This document shows positions 38,301 through 53,785 of a stretch of 64,000 nucleotides of DNA, one piece after another. The position numbers and the translations under genes were made by a program. This DNA comes from Vicugna vicugna. Taxonomy: Eukaryota. Each line of letters opens with the position of its first letter. Within the stretch, counting starts at the first letter, position 1. The stretch is from NCBI GenBank assembly GCA_013265495.1, contig MU058037.1, positions 1,613,498 through 1,677,497 on the forward strand. The letters are read 5' to 3'. The notes under the pieces were generated by a model. The model searched no databases. It had not been told where the DNA came from and was given only the letters and a program-made list of their open reading frames with translations.

Positions 38301-41300
38301 TAATTCATTTTAAAATATAGTAAGCATTCATCTATGCTATGATCTTTTTATCAAACTTAAAGTACTGTTTCTTCAATGTACATAGCATTAATTTTCTGTT
38401 TTTCTGATAACTCAAACTCATTTTAGAAAATCTGGAAAATACAGAAAAGTAGAGTCTAAGTAAACTAAAATCACTCATATTTTCATCATCAAGAAGCAAA
38501 CACTTAACTATTTTATTTCATTATTTTATCCTCATTCCTACTGTGAAGACAAATAGCAACAAAACCACAGAGTCCAGAAACACTTGGTATCAAAGATATG
38601 ACATCACATAACAGGAGAAAAATAATAGATTATTTAAGAGATGATTTACAAATATTAATACCATGCATATAATTAAGTTTCCTCTAAAAGATATGTTTTG
38701 TTACCATATATTTTTGCATAGTGTTTCTAAAGTTTTGTTCACTTTCATTCTAGCATTGGAAAATGGTTATAAGGATCAATACTCTTATTTTAATTAATGA
38801 ATAAGCGGAGATATAAAGTGATGGGTATCTCTCGATATCTCTGGGGTTCTTTACATGAATAACAGAAAAAGAATTACAGCTTTTACACAGGAGACAAAAT
38901 TAAAATGAATAACAATTCAAGCATTAATTCCAGGTTTTTCCAGAAGAGTATAAACAAGCATGTGCTAACCACATGGGATAAACGGGGCTCAAGTCAATTT
39001 ATTTTAACAAGTCAGTAATGAGCATGACACTGTTTTTGTCTTCAAGGAGTTAACAATCTAATGGAAGTCACAGCAGAATATAACTGTCATAGACAAGATG
39101 TAAAATGCATGTAAAGTAAGTTTAAGGGATTTCTACCTTTGCCCACACAACAAAGAATTATAGCTGATAAGTCAACAAAGGGCACAAAATGGAATCATAA
39201 AAAATAATTAATAGAAAAGTATAGAGAAAAACAAACAAAGAACAGATTGGACACATAGATAACAAATAGCAAGGCAGTATATTTAATTTAACTTCAAGCA
39301 TATCAATAATTACATTAAATAAATAGTCAAAGTAGGGGGAAGGTATAAACAATTATGAGAAATAGTAAAAGTTTCATGAGTGAGGTGACATTTCCTAGAG
39401 GCCTTAAGGGATGGAACATAATTTTGACTGGCAGAGATAAAAAGATATATGGGGCATGTGCTGAGGAGGACTCACAACATAAAAAGATGAAATTGCAAGA
39501 TCTATTTTACCAACACCAACTCATCCACATGAACTAGAGTACAATTAAGATGCACAGGAGTAATGGAAGATAGAACTGAAATTATGTTAGGACCATACTT
39601 GGGAGTCCTTTGAATTCCAAAGAGAGAGGAGTTTGTAATTAATTTGGAAATTAGAGGAAAACTGCTGTGACAAAACTGGAGCTGGACTTTAGGATGTCTA
39701 GTCTGAAAATAATCAATTCTGTACTTACAAGTAGATTAAATTAAGATGTCATGAAGATGTATTTTTATTAAGAGAAATTTACATCTAATATTTCCTTTAA
39801 GGTACAACAGAAAAAACATGGTTAAAGTAGATGAATTAAGATATCAAGTCAGGTACACGCTAGGATGGGGTAGGCAAGGCAAGAACCAAGAACACCCACG
39901 TACAGAAGTTTCTATTAGGAAGCATCTCAAAGGTGACACATGGAACAGGACATGTGATGGGAAAACGTGAGATAGAATGAACTGTGACAAAGGTTATGAG
40001 CCACACTGAATGTTAAAAAGCAGAAATGGGTAATGTTAGAACAAAATGTCCTAAGAAGGGCACGGCACCCCTCTTCAAAACTGAGTGCACAGCAGGTGGA
40101 GGTTACAGAAGGTCCTTCTACGTCCTCAGTGTATTTGGGGTATTAAAATTATTTGGAGTAATTTCAGTAATTCTGTGTTTGGTCAAGACGGAATGTACTT
40201 AGAGTTCAATCTGTAAAAGCAACTCTCTCTCTATTCTACCTAACATTTCCTGATCTGTAAATAGCAAAACTTAAACCCATTATGCCTTGAAGTAAGATTC
40301 CTAAAGAGAATGTTGAGCCAAATAGTGTAGCTATTAAAGTCCTGTCGTGAGCATGAATAAGCCTCTCAGGGCAAGATCAGAATGGTATATGTTTTCTATG
40401 AAGTAGTTGTCTATACCAGGTGTTCATATATTCTGGAGACAAAAACAGCATCATTTGTTTCTGAGATGGCAGGTTCTTAAAATAGCAGAATGGGTAGGTT
40501 AATCACAACTTACATAAACTGCACTTCCATCCCTGCACATGCCTCTACAGGAAATTTTAGTTCACTGAAAATCATTTCAGCCATTCTTAATGTAACATCT
40601 GAAGGTAAGCGTGACAAAGGTATGCTCTAGAACCTGTGAGTTCTAAACAGACAATCTCCATTTCTGACTTCGCTCTATAGGTAAAAGTTAAAAGAAAGGT
40701 AACTTAAAAAAAAAAAGATCACTTTGTTTATCTGCTTTTGATATGTATGAATTAAATGAAAATGAATACACCTGATTCTTCTTCAAGATTTTTCAGGATA
40801 ACTTATAGTCGCCATTTAGAATTGCAGTGTTGGTTTATAAGCCAACAGAGTGGACCAGTTACTCAAAAGTTAACTTTAAGCTGGCCATTCAGATCCAGAT
40901 GTTTAAAGGTGATACAAGAAATTAAAAACACCCACTTTCTGTCATAATTATGCTTGAAAATGAAGTTATTTTGGAAGGTGACATCAGATGGACTGCATTC
41001 TCATAGAACTGACAGTAAGCATGAGTTTCTCATGTATGAAAAGTTGAAAAATAAACTCTTAATTCTCCCATTTAATTCCATGGTATTTCAATTGTCTTGG
41101 GTCTCATGTATAAATGAAAAGCTTAAGTAATAATATAATACAGTCATCACAGATCTTATCATGTAGCCAATAATAATTACTGTATTATTATAACTGCATA
41201 TAGATTGTTACTGTATCCAATACACTATGAATGATTATCATCCAAATACTGTGCTATAGGGACCCTTAAAGCAGAGAGAATTTCTTTTCCTCTTAGTAGA

Positions 41301-41464
41301 AGGGAAGAAACTAATAGTCTGCTGTCCACATCTCAAATCTTTGGTCAAGTTTTATGGCTTTAAAAATTGCTTTAAAAATATACTTTTGAAGAAATATCAC
41401 TGATAATACAGAACTATAAGGAAAATTACCCATGGACTATATTATTGTTCTTTTATCCCCGTGC

Positions 41465-41635
41465 CCTAGATCAATGTATGAGAACCAGAATCACCTGGAA
41501 AACTAGTAAACATGCAGATTCCTGGGCCTTCCCCAGAGTACATTTGGGGTGTATTCCAAGAATCTGTATTTCTAACAGGTTTCCATGTGATGATAACGCT
41601 GATGGTCCATGAACCACACTGGACTAGCACTGCTC
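41465..41635. mobile_element. MER5A-type hAT-Charlie element
   Basis: cagaatcacctggaaaactagtaaacatgcagattcctgggcc...aagaatctgtatttctaacagg. Confidence 0.8.
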
Positions 41636-41637
41636 TA

Positions 41638-41867
41638 GAACATGTCAGCAAACTATGGCCCAGGTCCAAATTCAACCTGCTGCCTGTTTTTGTACAACAA
41701 GTTTTATTGGCACAGAGCCATGCCCATTCATTTCATTTACACACTGTCTGAGGCTGCTTTTGCAATATAACAGCAGAGTTGAGTAGTTGGATCAAACAAC
41801 CATATAGCCTGTTCCATAAAGCCTCCTTACTGTTTGGTCTTTCACAGAAAACGTTTGCTGATCTTTG
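41638..41867. mobile_element. MER58A-type hAT-Charlie element
   Basis: gtcagcaaactatggccc...ctgcctgtttttgta...gttttattggcacagagccatgcccattc...gtttgctga. Confidence 0.8.
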
Positions 41868-43127
41868 CCCTAAAATGCCATTTTCCTATTATCTATTTGA
41901 GATCTTTGAAATTCAGAAATAAAATTTACTGATATCAAATATGAAGACATGTAGTGAGACTGTTAAGAGTATTTCAAAGCTCATAAAATGTTCACCATCT
42001 TTATCTACGTCTGTGACTAACAGCAATCAGTTGCTGACTTTCTTACTGCCTGATGAATCCTGATGAATGTCTGATGTATTCCACAATTAAAAGTCACAAA
42101 GTTACTCTCATTTCTATAAGGAAAAAAATCTTAAAACTTACAGTTTCAGAGAAATGGTGCAAATAAAAATCTATACAGTACAACTAAAAATATACTGAAG
42201 CATTTAAATCTGTATTAATAAAATTCCTTATTTGAGAAAATGCAGGCAATATAAGAAACTCTTCTTAATTATCCCTGGTAGTAAAGGACAGGAGTAGAAG
42301 AATAAATTAAATCATCAATTTCCCCAATAATCTTTCGCATCATTATATTTTATCCTCAGCTTTCCCTGTTTCTGCATCACTGGACAGGTTAACAAATAAT
42401 GGCATCCTGAAAAAGTAGCAGCAATAGCAATAGGTTGGCATGAGTCTCACACAGAGTGGTGGCCATAGGCCTCAGACCTCTCGGATATGATTTACTATAA
42501 GATTTAAACAAATGTTTGCAGGATGTATATTATTCAATTAACTACTCAACCATTTCTCCGTATCTTATGCCAGGCTTGATTCAAACATTTATATTAGCTG
42601 CTGTAGCCCTGGAGGCATTTGATTTGGTAGTACCAGGCTTAAATAATACTCGAATTAAAAAAAAAAACACATCAGGTCATGTAAGTAGATCACTTACATG
42701 ATTAAAGTGATAATTAAAGCTATTATGTATATTTGTCTGTATGTACGCCTATATAAATGAAACCATAGTTGTATTAATAAGAAACTAATAGTGTCTTACA
42801 ACAAAAGTCTCAGATTATTATCCAAATGGGGCAATTTAATTTTGTGAAAGGCAATGTAGTTTAGTCATCCCCACTAAAAGTGTGAGACTAACAGACTTAC
42901 TTATTATAATGATGTCTCTAGAGGTTCAGGTTACTTTTACATCTATCTGCTTAATAAAACCCTTCTTTACTGGTCTATATGAATACTTTTCCAGCAAATA
43001 ATTTCATATTTGGTTTCTTTAGAACCATCTGTCTTTGAATGAGAAAAATCCCCAAAACAGTATCTTATAAACTCTTGGTAAATGGGAGTACTTCTCATTG
43101 TTAGAATATGAAATAGCTAATAAATTA

Positions 43128-43268
<141 letters not shown>

Positions 43269-43557
43269 TTAACAGGAACAGCTTTTGAAAAGTCCCAAAA
43301 TACAGCAGCCTAAAATAAGATTTTGAATAATATGAAATAAATTGTTCTGAAGTTTACATAGTGATAAACAATATTTGGGGCATATTTAAGGAAAAAATTG
43401 AGAGAAATGTTAAGAAGAGAAACTCAAGGAACAATGGTCGCTTTCCATCAAATTTCTCTTTTTCTTTTTAGCTCTTAATATTTAAAAGTTCTTTGGTACT
43501 TTTTACAAGGTCTCTTCACTACATCTAAAATAAAACAACAACAAAAAAAATACTTTA

Positions 43558-43663
43558 CAGGTTTTTATTTTAATTTTTTTTTTTAATGGAGGGACTGGAG
43601 ATTGACCCCAGGACCCTGTGCATGCTAAACATGCACTCTATCACTAAGCTATGCCCTCCCCTC
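43558..43663 (-). mobile_element. Camelid-type tRNA-derived SINE
   Basis: Reverse SINE with T tail; 16-bp TSD caaaaa(a/g)aatacttta at 43542-43557 and 43664-43679. Confidence 0.9.
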
Positions 43664-43764
43664 CAAAAAGAATACTTTAGACAAAGACAATATTTTAGTT
43701 TATTTCCAAATGAAGCTAGGATTTTGAGTACAGTATCTTTCTGAAATAGTCACAATTAAGAGCT

Positions 43765-43965
43765 AATAATAATGACAGCTAACATTATGTGCTAGTTACT
43801 GTTCTAAATGCTTTACATGCACCAACTAATTTTCACAACTCTTACAAGATAGGCATTATTATTATTCCCATTTTACACATGAGAAACTTGAGGTACAGAA
43901 AGGTTAAGTGGGAAGTATTAAATGGTGGACCTAATATTCAAGTCCAGGATTTCTGACTCTAGAGC
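43765..43965 (-). mobile_element. MIR SINE
   Basis: attattccccattttacacatgagaaacttgaggtacagaaaggttaagt. Confidence 0.85.
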
Positions 43966-44499
43966 CCATCCCCGCAGAGAGTTAAACATTAATATTCCAC
44001 CTCTAGGTTTTCACTTGTACTAAACCAATTATTTATGTCACTTCACATCCTTTTACAAACAACTTGTTATATAAATAACATATATTGGTATAAAGTTTAT
44101 ATTTTCAAGAATGTTACAGACAGATAGCAGCAGTCTTCTTGAGTAAGTCAATGAGCAAATGAATTCACAGTGGCTTTCCATTACTCCTTATCCTCTTTCT
44201 TGTATGTGAATGACAATCAGGTTTTTGTAGGGCCAAAGCTTACATGATTTTGGAGGCCTAATTTAAAGAAAACAAAATCACAAATAGAAGACATGATGGT
44301 AAAATTTACCAGATTACTGAAACTTTAGTGCTTTAGATTTCTCTACTGATAACTCTTTAGGCAATTTACTCAAAATGATTATATAAAACTGCTTCCTGGT
44401 TATAAACTGAATTTATCTCTTCTAGAAAACTCTAAAACTCAAACACCTCTCATTCTCACAGGGGTCCAAAAGACAAGAGGCTCTTTATTGGTTACATTT

Positions 44500-47400
44500 T
44501 TTTTAAACCATATTTTTCACTTATGTATTTTGGCCATTCTAGTAGCTATGTATTTAATCTGCATTTCCCCAAAGTTATAAGTATTTTTTCTATTTACATA
44601 TTATCTACATCGAAGTTATCTCTATTTCCCTAATAATTTTCTAACTGGTGATGCTGTTCGTCTTTATGTACATATTTGCTAACCACATATATTCTATAGT
44701 GAAATGTCTGCTCAAGCCCTTTGCCCATTCTTTACTTAGATTTTTGGTATTTCTACTATTGAGTTTAGAGAGTTCTTAATAGTTTCTGTATACTAGTCCT
44801 TTGTTGAATAGGTAACCTGTAAAATTTCTTCCCAGTCTATGGCTTGTCCTTCCATCCTTTTTACAGAATCCTTAGCAGGTCAAATTTTTTTTATTTTAAT
44901 GAGGTCGAAGTATTGATAGTTACTTTTCTGGATTATTCGTTTAGTGTTGTATCTAAGAAATCTTCACCTGACTCGCCCATGTCTTCTTCTAAAGGCTTTA
45001 TAATTTTTTTCCATTTAGATCTATGATCCATTTTTAAGTCAATCTTTGTGTAAGGTGTAAGGTTTAGGCTGAGGTTCACTTTTCTCTCTATGTCTATCCA
45101 AGTGTTCAAACACCATTTGTTGAAAAACTATCCATTCTCCAGTGAATTGCTTTTGCTCTTTAGTCAAAAATCATCTAACCATACGTATAAAGATATAGCT
45201 CTGGACTCTCTGTGTCTATCCTACCACCAATACCAGTTTTGATCACTGAAGTTATAGAATATTTAAAATAGTACTAAAAAACTTCAAAATTGATGAAGTA
45301 TTCTGGTCCCTTTGCTTTTTAATACAAATTTTAGAATCATATTGTCTGTTGCTATAAAAAAATTCCTGCTGTAATTTTAATGTGAATTTCATTAAACCTA
45401 CAGGAAGATTTGAGAATTGACATCTTAGTTGAGTCTTCTAATCCATGAACCACAATATGTCTCTCTGTTTATTTAGATCTTGTTTGATTTCATACGTCAA
45501 TGTTTTACAGTTTTCACATACAGATCCTGTAGACATTTTGCTAAATTTATATATAGGCAAATTATTAATTCTACAGCAACTGTAAATTGTACCAATGTTT
45601 TTACTTTTAGTTTCCAACTATTCATTGCTGGTATATAAGATGATTAATTATTCTGCGTGGACTTCGTATATTACAACCTTGCTTAATTCACTTACTAGTT
45701 CAAATGGATGTTTTCTAGATATCTTGGAATATTTTACACAATGACACATTACCTGCAAATAAGAAAAGTTTCATTTCTTCCTTTCTAATCTCTATGTCTT
45801 TTATTTCCTTTTCTTACCTACTATACTGGATATGACTTTTAACACATTATTAAACAGGAGGGATGAAAAGGGAGAGACTTACCTCATTCCCAATCTTAGG
45901 AGGAAGGCATTCAGTCTTTCACAATAAAATACAAGGTCAGCTGTTGCTTTTTATATTTGCCTTATACCAAGTTGAGACAGTACCATCACTCTATTCCTAC
46001 TTTGCTGAGAATTTTTCTCATGAATGGGTACAAGATTCTACCAAAAGCTTTTTTTACATTAACTGATAAATTCATATAATTTTTACTCCATAGTACATTA
46101 ACATGGTAGATTACACTGATTTATTTTCAAGTAGTGAAGCAGCCTTGCATACGTGGAATAAATCTCATTTAGTCAAGGTGCAAAATTCTATTTATATATG
46201 GTTGGATTTGGATCGCCAATATTTTGTGGAGGATATTAACATATAAGTTTGAGAAATATTGGTCTGTTTTTTTTTTGTACCGTCTCTGTTGGGTATTGGG
46301 ATCAGGATAATGATTGTGTCATAAAATAAGATGGAAAGGATAACGTCCATGTCTACTTTCTGGAAAAGATTGTGTAGAATTAGTGTCATTTTTTCTTTAA
46401 CCATACAGAATTCACCAGTGAAATCATCTAGGCCTGGACCTTTTTCTCCTTACCTTAAAGAGTTTCTAAGTACAATTCAATTTCTTTCATAGTTACAGGG
46501 TTATTCAGAGAATCTATTTCATCTTGGGTAAGTTTCAGTAGTTTGTGTTTTTGAAGGAATTGATCCATTTCATCTAAGCTGTCAAATGCATGTATAAAGA
46601 ATTATTTGTAGTATTCCTTTATTATCCTTTTAATTTTGATTGACTTCTCAACATACTGTTTCCGTTTTCAGTTTCATTGATTTCTGCTCTTTTATCATTG
46701 TTATTATTATTTGCTCCCTTCTGCTTGCTTTGGGCTTATTTTACTCTTATTGTCTGCTTTTCTTTTTCTTTAATTTTATTTTTTAAAGAATATTTAAGGT
46801 AAGATCTACCCTCTTAACAAAATTTTAACTGTAAAATACTATTGTTAACTATAGGTACAATGTTCTACAGCAGATCTCTAGAACTTTTCATCTTATTAAG
46901 TGAAATTTTATGCTCATGATTTTTGATTAGCAATTATTTTTCTATTTTCTTGGGATGGGAGCTTAGATATCTGATTTGCAATCTTTCATTCAGTGCTATA
47001 AATATCCCTTTCAGCACTGCTTTAGCTGTGTGCCACAAAAAATATGACTTGTTCTAATTTTCATTCTGTTCAATATTTCTTTTTATTTCCCTTGAGATTT
47101 CCTCTTTTATCCACAGATTACTTAGAAGTGTGTTGTTTGATTTCTAGTTTGACTCCATTACAGTTAAAGAACACATTCTAACTGATTTAAATTATTTTAA
47201 ATGTGTTGAAGTTTGCTTTATGATGCAGATATGGTATACCTTCATGAATGTTCCATGGGCATTTGAGAAGAATCTGTATTCTATTGTTGTATGATGAAAT
47301 GCTCTAGAAATGACAGCTATATCTTGTTATTTGGTGGTGGCGTTCATCTCTTCTAATCCTTACTGACTTTCTGTTCTGAGAGTGGAGATGAAGTATCCAA

Positions 47401-47520
47401 CTGTAATTGTGGGTTTATCTATTTCTTCTTTTAGTGATGTCACTTCTTGTTTCACATACTTTGAAGTGCTGTTGTTTGGTATACACATCTTAGCAATTTC
47501 TGCTTCTTTTTTGTATTGTC
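44500..47520 (-). mobile_element. Old degenerate L1 ORF2 region, with a nested L1 3'-end fragment at about 46770-46915
   Basis: Long T-rich reverse-L1 sequence; ORF 46192..46404 (ILHNLFQK...LFYDTIIILIPIP) is decayed ORF2; many stops and frameshifts. Confidence 0.8.
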
Positions 47521-50500
47521 TATTTATATGCTCATCGACTGCATTTTGGGTTTCTTTGTTCTTAATTTAAAAGTAACATTCACACATTAACCCTCTGCTT
47601 CTCATAACCATTTGTTGCAAGTATTTTTCCCAGATTGTCATCTGTCTTAGTCATGTTTTTCAATTTTATGTAGTCAAACAGTGTATTTCTTTGCATTTTA
47701 TTCCATATTTTAAAAGACTTAATAAGTCTACATCTAGAAATCATTTTTTGTCTATATTTTCTCCAGTTTTCTTATGGATTTACATTTTCCACTTAGTAAA
47801 TGATATACCTAAAATTATTTTAGTGAACAGGTAGTGTTCTATCATTATTTATTTCCCAAAGGCTTAACCAAGTGCCCCAATTCTATTAAATGATCCTTTC
47901 TTTTTCCAGTGGTTTTAACATATTGTTTTCCAAATGATTTTATATACCACAGTCTATTATGAGCTGTATTTCACTACCGTTTATTCCAATTCCAAAACAG
48001 TGTATTTTTCAATGCAATTTATCAAAACAGTAGACATTAAGAATTCAAATAATTAGAAGAAAATATATGTAATTAATTAATCTATTATCTCAGTTAAACA
48101 AATAGAATTAAACTTTTTAACTGTAAGCAGGAATCCACTTAAAAAAAATTTATCCTGATGCGAGGTTTCTAAAACATGACTGTAGGGGTCACTGCATAGC
48201 TGTATCTAAATTTACTAAAACTCATTAAACTTAAAATGGATAAATTCTATAGAATGTAAATTAAGCCTCAATAAAACTATTTTTAAAAGATGTATAATAT
48301 AAGAACTTCTAGGAAAAAAATCATTAAAAAAAAAACTACCCCAATACCATTTTTTGCTGCATTGAAGCATAAAAATTGGCATTTTAATTAAAAATTGAAA
48401 AATGCTTCTGGCATGATTAGAAAGAGCTTGGATTCCTAGTTTTGCAAAGGTCAAAGTCTGTTAATAAAATCTAAAAACATCATTCAAAAGTGAAGAGATG
48501 AAGTACAGCATGATTTTTCCCATAAAATCTTTAAAAAAGACTCTCATTTAATCTTTAAAATGTACCAAAAAAAAAAATCTATTTGATGACCAAACGCCTG
48601 TAGCAAACAATTCTAAGGCATGTTTCCCACTTCCCTGACCACTTGTATTTCAAGTAGGACAAGTTTCTCACTTAAGATTAAATGTCAAGGAAACTGGAAA
48701 AAAAAAAAATCTAAACATATACCAAGGAAAGCACTGATTTTTATCTTGCAGTGAATTCCCCTGAAGTTTTCATTTTAAGGGCAAATCACATAAATTATAC
48801 TAAGAACCATTCTTAGCCAACAGATATTAATGTTTGGTACAATGATTTTGACTATACATATACATAAATAAAAGACTGATAGGTTCCAATCTTTGTGAGT
48901 TACCAAAGATGAACATGCAATCGTGACTTAATGATCATCTATGAGCTAAAGAGACAGATATTTGCAAAATAGTTGAACATGATCAGCTTGAAAACAAAAT
49001 GAAATTGAGAGGAATGTGTTCCTAAATCTAAAGAAACCCCAAGCTAGAGCTCAGAGTACTTTAAAATACAAAACAAAACAAAACAAAAAACACATGGCTG
49101 GCTCTAAGTAAATGAAATTAAATTAACGGCAGGAAAGCTTTTTGGTGCCAGAAACTTAAAAAAAAAAAAAAGATAAAATCCTTTGCTTATTAACAAATGG
49201 CCATTACAGGAACTACCCTATTAGATCTTAAAAGTTAGGCAATTGTCCTCGTAAAATCATAATATGGATAATATACAATGTTTATACTTCTTTCTAGTGA
49301 AAACGTTTATGGCCATATAAGAAATTATTCATTGCACATTCTTTTCAAACAAAAGCATCACATTTATGGAAAGGTTACTAATGGTTCAGAAATTCCAAAC
49401 AAATTAGAAGCTAATAAGAAAAACAAAGAAGTTAATTAGGAAATCTGGAAGGCCTTACTATTTCTCAGGTTGGTACTGCTGAGCCTGAGGGGCAGTCTAT
49501 GAATAGTGGCCTTGCTAACACCACCGCTCACTTCTGGAACAAGAGGTGCCAAGTGGGGAGCAGTGAGCACATGAGAGGAAATAAGACCTAAAGACAATGA
49601 GACACAGGATCTGGTAGTGTCTGAGGTAGTTTTCTTTTGTCTCTGTAATTGTTTTCCTGGTATAGAAATAATTTGTGTCCTACAGTTTCATAGGTTGGAA
49701 GAAGAAATTAATTCAACCACTTTCTTAGATAAGGCAAAAATATCAAAGAATGTAATTTTTTTCCTTAGCATCCTCTTAGGCCTTAAACAAAGGTTTTCAG
49801 TGATATAAAAAGATATCTCACTGATCCCTTCAAAACACAATGGTCTTAAAATGTATTTCAGAAACAATTAGAAATAGGTATTAATGCTAAAAATGAGAGG
49901 AAAGAATAAATTTTCACTATATATAGCAAAATAAACTTTCTCTATAAATAATACTTTTGTGCATTTTAAATGATCTTTCTGTACAACGTGATACATACAG
50001 TGATCTGTAAACCTTCAAGTACAGACTGATTTGGCAAAGCCATATAAAATTGCACAAAAGATGAGGTGTGAAAAACAGCAGGATGTAGGTTAAAAATAGA
50101 TAAGCAAACCATAACTTGAAAATAAACAGTAAAGCTACCAAGTGTGATTCATCTCTGAGTCTTCTCCTCTGGGAAAGTCTTGTTTCATCCAAGACAGTAT
50201 TTAAAATGGGAGGAAAAAAGGATTTTGTTATCCTCAGATTTTATTTTATGCAAGAAATGTAAGGAGCTGGTTTTTGAAAATAAATGTTATCTAAATGGAA
50301 GCTCCATGAAACTGCAGCTTTTGTGATTTGTAAACATTTCCCCTAACACCCTAATGCTAATGCACTAAACATTCAAAAAGTTTTCACTGATATTAAAAAA
50401 TCTCATTGATGTCTTCAAAGTAAAATATGAAATAAATTTCCTATAAATAAAATTGTATACAGCAATTTGAAGTATCAAGGCCAGAAAGAGAAAGTGGAAT

Positions 50501-52361
50501 CCTTGTTTAGCATTTTAAGAGAAACACCACAGTACAAATAAATGTTTATATATGCCACATTCTGAAGAATCACCTCCTCAAAATTCTTTAGAATTAGACA
50601 GCATTCAATAAAGATGTAGCATGACAAAGGAACATGATAAAAGAGAAACAAGGGCTTTGTTATCACAACAAAAATAGATTCAAATTATAGTTTTCATAGT
50701 AGTGAATAGCTTCAGACAAATTACTTAATGTCTCATATGTAAAATGAGGATAATGATACCTGCTCTGTGAGAATTCAGTGAGTTGATACATGTAGAGCAT
50801 CTAGTTCAGTATGGAACTAAATTGAAGAATTTTGCCTATTTCTTTTTCTTTCTCCCACTTTGACATAAAAATTGCAATAAACTCATCATATTGCTGTGCA
50901 TGCAAGTTCTCCCGAAAATGGAATAAAAAATTTAATGCAAAAAAAATTTGTCACTGTTTTTTAAAAATTAAGCCAGTTGTTTAGCATCAAAATAACCATA
51001 CTTAACTGACAGATTTTTTCATTCTTCAACTAAAAAATTATATTGTATTGTATACTAAAGGAATACAGTAAGGTAAAAGATCCAACGCTTGGCAATATTT
51101 GATTGCAGTGGCCATTTTAAACCTTCTAAATTAAAGCAAATCTACCATGACAAATCAAAACATTAAAAAATTTTGGTAAACATTTCTATGGAACGTTATA
51201 CAATTAAGTACTTAAGTTCTAAGTTCTTCAAAAGCAAACAAAAATTTAAAAGACAAGATATATTCTTATGTTATATAAAGAAAGCATAAAAACAGATTAG
51301 TTTTCCTTTAGAACTTCATATTAACTAAATTTAATTAGAGAAGAAGTAGGGAGTTAAATCATGATTCTACAAGTCACTTGTTAGTGTTTATCCTTTGAAA
51401 TTATGTAAAGGGAAAATAAGATGAATCTATTCCTCATATGGCTTTGGAGAACAAGGTCAATGAATTATAGAATGTTAGTGCATAGAAGAGAACTTCAAAT
51501 TCTGTAGGTCTTACATCCTTATTCTAAATGAAAATAAAAATAGGGGTTAAGGTTCAAGGTTACCTAGGGCTAGAGACAGAGCTGAAACTCAACTCTTTTT
51601 CAGCCCTCTGCTCTTTTATACTATTTCACGATGCATTTTGGCAGGGATTCACAACAGAAGTCATGGCGAACACTGCTCTTTTGGCTTTTCTAGCATTGAT
51701 TAATATGTTTTGTTTCCTGTGTAGTTTGTTGGACACACTGAAACAAGAGGACATGTGGAGTGTTGTCTTGTGCTCTTGCTGCTACCTAGGAAACATTTTT
51801 TCTTTGAAAGGAATAAAATATAACTTAAATACACATCCACTAACAATCTCTAATAAAAGTCTGGACTACTTGTCAGGAAAACAAACAGCCTAAACATTTC
51901 ACCTGGCATAGTTGTAGATAAAATCCTATTACATTTAAATTGATTTTGGAACCTTCTGAAATTTATATTAGCCAAGGAGCAGTTAAGATATTCATACAAT
52001 ACATGGCAGAGGAAGAAGCAAAGTCAAGTTCCCCAAAACAGAAGTAGCACTCATCATTTACCTTTCTTCTTTTCCAACACCTCTAAAAGATTAAGAATCT
52101 ATGAAAAGTGGAAGTTAACTTTACACAAAACTATCCTGAAATACAAATCCTGAAAAGTCACAGAAAAATTTCTTCAAAGAGTTCACTTACCTTACAACCA
52201 ACCCATGCATTCCAGTTTTCATGAATTCTAAGTAAAAACACTGAACTGTTACTGGTGAGATCACATATATCCTATTTTTTCACAAACTTTGTCTTACCCT
52301 ACCTAATCTCTCAGCATTTGATCATCTCCTTTTTTTCCCTAAAACTCTTTACTCCCATCTT

Positions 52362-52530
52362 AAATGCTCTCACCACACACACAAAAGGGTAATTATGTGA
52401 GGTGAAAGACGTATCAACTAATCTTATTGTGGGAATCATTTTGCAATGTGTATTGAAATCATCATGTTGTATACCTTAAACTTATGCAATGTTATATGTC
52501 ACTTCTATCTTAATAAAGTTGGGAAAAAAA
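52362..52530 (+). mobile_element. L1 3' end fragment nested in L2 remnants
   Basis: aaatgctctcaccacacacac...ggtaattatgtgaggtg...aatcatcatgttgtataccttaaac...aataaagttgggaaaaaaa. Confidence 0.75.
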
Positions 52531-53519
52531 TAAAACAATACTCAAATCTCAAAAAAAAAAAAACCAACAGCCCACCCTCACACACAAATACACAAACAAA
52601 ACAACAACAATAAAAACCTCTTTACTCTCTTTGCTTCCATGACACCACTCTCAACTAATCCTACCCTATTGAGTCTCTGAATAGGCCTTCTTATTTTTTC
52701 AATAAGCTGAACTTCTAATCAACCTTCAGTTGGTGGTGGTCTGCAGAGGTCACTCCTTATTCCAGTTCTCCTCATCATTCACTCAAAACAAATTTATTGA
52801 GTAGCCACTATAGGCCAGGAACTCTTCTACATAATTGTGATAGCAGTGAACCAAGAAGATGAAAATCCCTGCTCGCTTGAAGCATACATCACATACAGAG
52901 TAGTCAGACAAAAACAATAATAATACATAAGTACATTATATAGTGTTACAAGGGTTTAAGGGTGATGGAAAACAAATAAAGCAGGTTAAGAGGAATCCAT
53001 TATAAAGATCTCCTTAGACCTCCACATTAATATGTGCAAGACTATTCCCAAATCTCTATTGACCATATGCCTTTTCTAAGCAGCAATATTGTGAAGACCT
53101 TTTCACAGTCTATAATGGCCAACACTCAATACTTGTCTTCCACCATAACCTGTTCCTCCTATTTTGATAATGGCATAACCATCCACTGGGTCAGCCAAGT
53201 CAGAGACTTCTTATTCATCCCAGATGTCCCTGGTTTCCTTAATCTCTACTTCTATCTCTAACATTCTTCTGTACTCACTGCTGCTTCTCTAAATAAAGAT
53301 CTCAGTAAATAGCAATGGAGAGAAACAACTCTGTAGTCAGATTCCTGGAATGAATCCTGGCTCCATCACTTACATCTTATTTGGTTTTGAACTGAACTTG
53401 TTACTTTTCCTATTGTAAAATGAAGACAACCCTCCTAGGGTTGTTTTGATTAAATGAGTATGGCTGGCAGCATCTGAATCACCAACAGTAGCAGCAGCAG
53501 GATTCCAGTGGCACCACTC

Positions 53520-53785
53520 CACAGTGGCAGGTTCAATATCCATGGGTTCAACAGACCTCCAATTGAAAATATTTGGGAAAAAATTCCAGAGAGTTCAAAA
53601 GAGTAAAATTTGAATTTGCTGCCTATTGGCAATTATTTACATAGTATTTACAATGTTTTAGGTATTATAAATAATCTACAGATGATTTAAAGTATAAAGG
53701 AGGATATGAATAGATTATATGCAAATATCATTTCATTTTATATAAGAGATTTTGGTATCTGAGGTGGTCCTGGAACCAATGCCCT
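53520..53785. mobile_element. MER2-type TcMar-Tigger element
   Basis: atccatgggttcaac...gaaaatatttggg...ggtattataaataatcta...tggtcctggaaccaat...ggatactaagggac. Confidence 0.75.

Noticed and set aside
42049..42080. Triple ctgatg(a/t)at repeat resembling snoRNA C/D boxes or a YCAY cluster
   Set aside because: Spacing is too short for a C/D snoRNA, there is no terminal stem, and it lies over 1 kb from an exon; probably slippage.
51528..51893. 121-aa plus-strand ORF
   Set aside because: Starts in MIR-like sequence, has T-rich low-information composition and no recognisable homology.
52185..52196. Isolated strong minus-strand donor motifs (here, near 25662 and near 54395)
   Set aside because: I identified no convincing paired acceptor; such motifs are expected by chance in long introns.
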